64,000 bases of DNA from Takakia lepidozioides (lineage: Eukaryota > Plantae > Bryophyta): assembly GCA_030704615.1 (NCBI GenBank), contig CM060731.1, positions 84,630,001-84,694,000 on the forward strand, read 5' to 3'. Of this stretch, positions 61,601 to 64,000 are shown piece by piece (the stretch's first letter is position 1; each line of letters starts with the position of its first letter). Below the pieces are notes generated by a model. That model made no database searches and had not been told where the DNA came from. It saw only the letters and a list, made by a program, of their open reading frames with translations. The translations under genes and the position numbers were made by a program.

Positions 61601-62232
61601 GCCCCTCCCGTCGAGACGCTGGTTATTCGGAGCCACCCCGACTCTTTCGCTCATAACTCTTCTAATTTCTTGTTCTTGTTTCTTGGAGGGAACCACCTGC
61701 ATGAAATTCTCGCTCCTGATTGGCTGTTGCCTCCCAACGACGTAATGGCGTGAGCGCGCGAGCGTACGCTCACGCAGGAGTGACGTGGCGTGAGCGTACG
61801 CTCACGCAAGCTGACGTGGCGTGAGCGTCATGTCAGCATGCTGATGTGGCGGTAAATGATGACGTGGCACTGTCCGTCATCTGCCACATCAGCATTAACA
61901 TGCGCCGCCTATAACCGTGGATGGTCCTATGACCGTGGAATTAATGCAGGGAATCTTGCCTAAATAGAATCAAGACGAGCGTTGAGGCCTACAATTGCAG
62001 CATCCAACATTGTGCAATTACAAATGCTTGTTTCACTTTTACAATTACGAGGACAAAAAAATATCCTCACAAAGTGTGCGCCATAAAGGCTGCCACGGGA
62101 AGACCTTCCTCCCTCCTCAATTAACAATGAGAGTTAAGATCATCTTCAAAATGATTGTAGTGCATAGCGACAGCAAGACATGTAGACTTCGAACGGTGCA
62201 ATGACAAATGTGCACTACCTAAAAGTTGTCAC

Positions 62233-64000
62233 TGTCGCGCGGATTTTACTCACCCATCCCTTCGCTATCCGAGGCGGAAACTCCAAGATAGAAGAGTTGG
62301 AAATCTCTAAGTACTCAGCCCGCTCAGAACAATCAGTCATGACCTACAGCTAGTGTATCATGGGGGTGTTTCCTATTTGTTTTCCTTTCCGCATTCATGT
62401 TAGCTACCTGGCAATTGATAATTAAGTATCAGTTTGCTTCATCAATCTATTGGATTCCATCAACTCATCCATTCATTCCACAGCTTCTCTCAGATCTCTC
62501 TACACAGTGTGATTGTATCGTATAAGTATCAGATTATGATTTATCAGGTATCAGACCGAAGCCATTGTGTCTCTAATCTGCTCTACAATATCACTACAGC
62601 TTTGCATATCACAAGCATCTACTAATCATCTCTCCTCCTTCACCGTGCTCTCCATCTTTGCTTCCGTTCTTGCTCTCCGCCCGATCCCCTCTCATGCATC
62701 ACCAAGTAGTCTCCCCGTGAAGTGTCTTCCTTCAGTCCTTGCTCCTCCTTTTATCTTCTTACCCGTTGTTCTTAACCGCTTCCCTCACTAACCGTCGTCC
62801 ATGAACTAACATGTTCCCTTCGCAGTGTGTTGTTCCCCACAGTCGTTCCCTGTCCTGCTATCCTTTCCCTATGGTCGTGACAGCTGTGTCAAGCTGTGAC
62901 TGGCTGTGTGAAACTGTGACGGGTTGTGACCGGCTGTGTCGGGCTGTGACTGGCTGTGTGGCTGTGTCGGCTGTGACGGGCTGTGTTGGCTGTGATGGGC
63001 TGTGTCGGGCTGTGTGAAGCTGTGACGGGCTATGTTGGCTGTGACTGGCTGTGTTGGCTGTGACGGGCTGTGTAACCCCCTTCTAAAGTGCGCTGCTGTC
63101 ACCCCTAAGGCTCCTGGTCTCAGTCTATGCAAAAATTAAGGGTACCCTACAGATCCCGTATAAGTGTCTAAGTCCCAGACAGTCCTCTAACATTACCCCT
63201 TCCCCTCTCAAAAAGCCGTGTCCTCACGGTTTACTGATTGCGATTAGCAAACCTTTGTGAGTGAGCACCTTTCTGACGTTGAGAGTTTTGTGGCGGACTG
63301 TGTGTTCGAGCCCGAGGTCTATCACTGGTTGACGGAGATGTTTGAACAGTACTCGGATAAGTTAGGCTCTCTGGAGGCTGATATCGAGGTAACCTTTCAG
63401 GCATAGGAGACCCCCATCGCTTCTTCTCTGCCATCTGAATTGCATAGTCTTCTCCCATGTCAAAAGAATCCGCTGAAGAAACAGTTGTATCAGAATCCTC
63501 ATCGCCTCTCAGGTGTTTTAATTGTCGAACTTTTTGTGGAATCCTCTGGGGCATACAATGTTGTCCTACCATGTCTGGAAGTTTATATTTTAAAACTTGC
63601 TGTAAACGCTGAACAGCAAAATTGGTGAAGACACTGAGCTCCTTGTCTGTCCAGGGGAGTGGGGTACCAATTACTTGTGCACCGTGCAAGTATTTCCATG
63701 CCACATGTCCCTTATAGAAAATATCATCAATGCCAAATTTCTGTGTTGACAAATTGTTCCAGGCCGCTTGAAACCATGAACGAATTTGAGAATCCTTTTG
63801 CATCATAACTTTTGCCTCATATAGGTACATATGAGGTGGCACTGAAGGTAAGACCCAATGATCCCCACTGGAATAACTCAGAAAGCGCGATTGCATCTTG
63901 TGCTGCTCAATGTGATAACGTACCAGAAAACAAGCAGCGTAGTATAACCCGCATCCCATGACAATACTTGCTACCTCCTTGGTCTTGGTATAAATGAATC
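62233..64000 (-). mobile_element. LTR retrotransposon B (related to A): 3' LTR 62233-63192, PPT, and env-position ORF running off the window
   Basis: Colinear with 41802-43600 but clearly diverged. The ORF MGCG.YYAACF..RYHIEQ.KMQSRFLSYSSGDHWVL is shared with element A. Confidence 0.88.

Larger units (their letters stand above)
42951..61702 (-). pseudogene. Long env-position ORF of LTR element A (61702-58855 plus 43857-42951), split by the MULE; N-terminal domain resembles Athila ORF1/Transposase_32
   Basis: YMIQFVQNF...TQVRGVDIEITP.YLQQLFDLP and VAWAELIY motifs. Removing the MULE restores the frame (AAFNPPRT|PAALEY...LAHYYQ). The C-terminus is homologous to 63231-63959. Confidence 0.7.

Noticed and set aside
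41802-63192. The two ~970-bp LTRs as the paired LTRs of one element
   Set aside because: Both are preceded by a PPT and the same ORF, so both are 3' LTRs. There is no PBS next to 62233, and they are markedly diverged.

Overview
Eukaryotic nuclear DNA from a land plant, probably a non-seed plant; this is inferred from the transposon lineages and spliceosomal introns. The left third holds three spliced host genes: an Msp1/ATAD1-like AAA ATPase (5' part only, with LINEs in its intron), a BPP-family basic proline-rich microtubule-associated protein ending in a CaaX box, and an IRKI/GIL1-like gene. From about 23 kb onward the window is a nest of transposable elements. (i) Fragments of a restriction-like-endonuclease LINE (Dualen/RandI-like) are split by a TIR element. 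(ii) A ~16 kb degenerate block pairs a Sola1-like DDD transposase divergently with a multi-exon gene carrying three FCP1/NIF HAD-phosphatase-like domains, and about 10 copies of a CpG-rich palindrome are dispersed through it. (iii) A minus-strand LTR element has a long ORF in the env position. (iv) That ORF is split by a 15 kb Mutator-like element with TIRs, a TSD, a GCM-like transposase, a second gene, a 96-bp satellite and perfect 80-bp palindromes. (v) The Mutator-like element is in turn split by a young full-length chromovirus. (vi) A second copy of the LTR family from (iii) lies at the right edge. The best candidates for undescribed biology are the two large two-gene DNA transposons, each with its own dispersed CpG-rich motif, which suggests VANC-like anti-silencing systems. 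All family assignments are from motif recognition by eye, not database searches.
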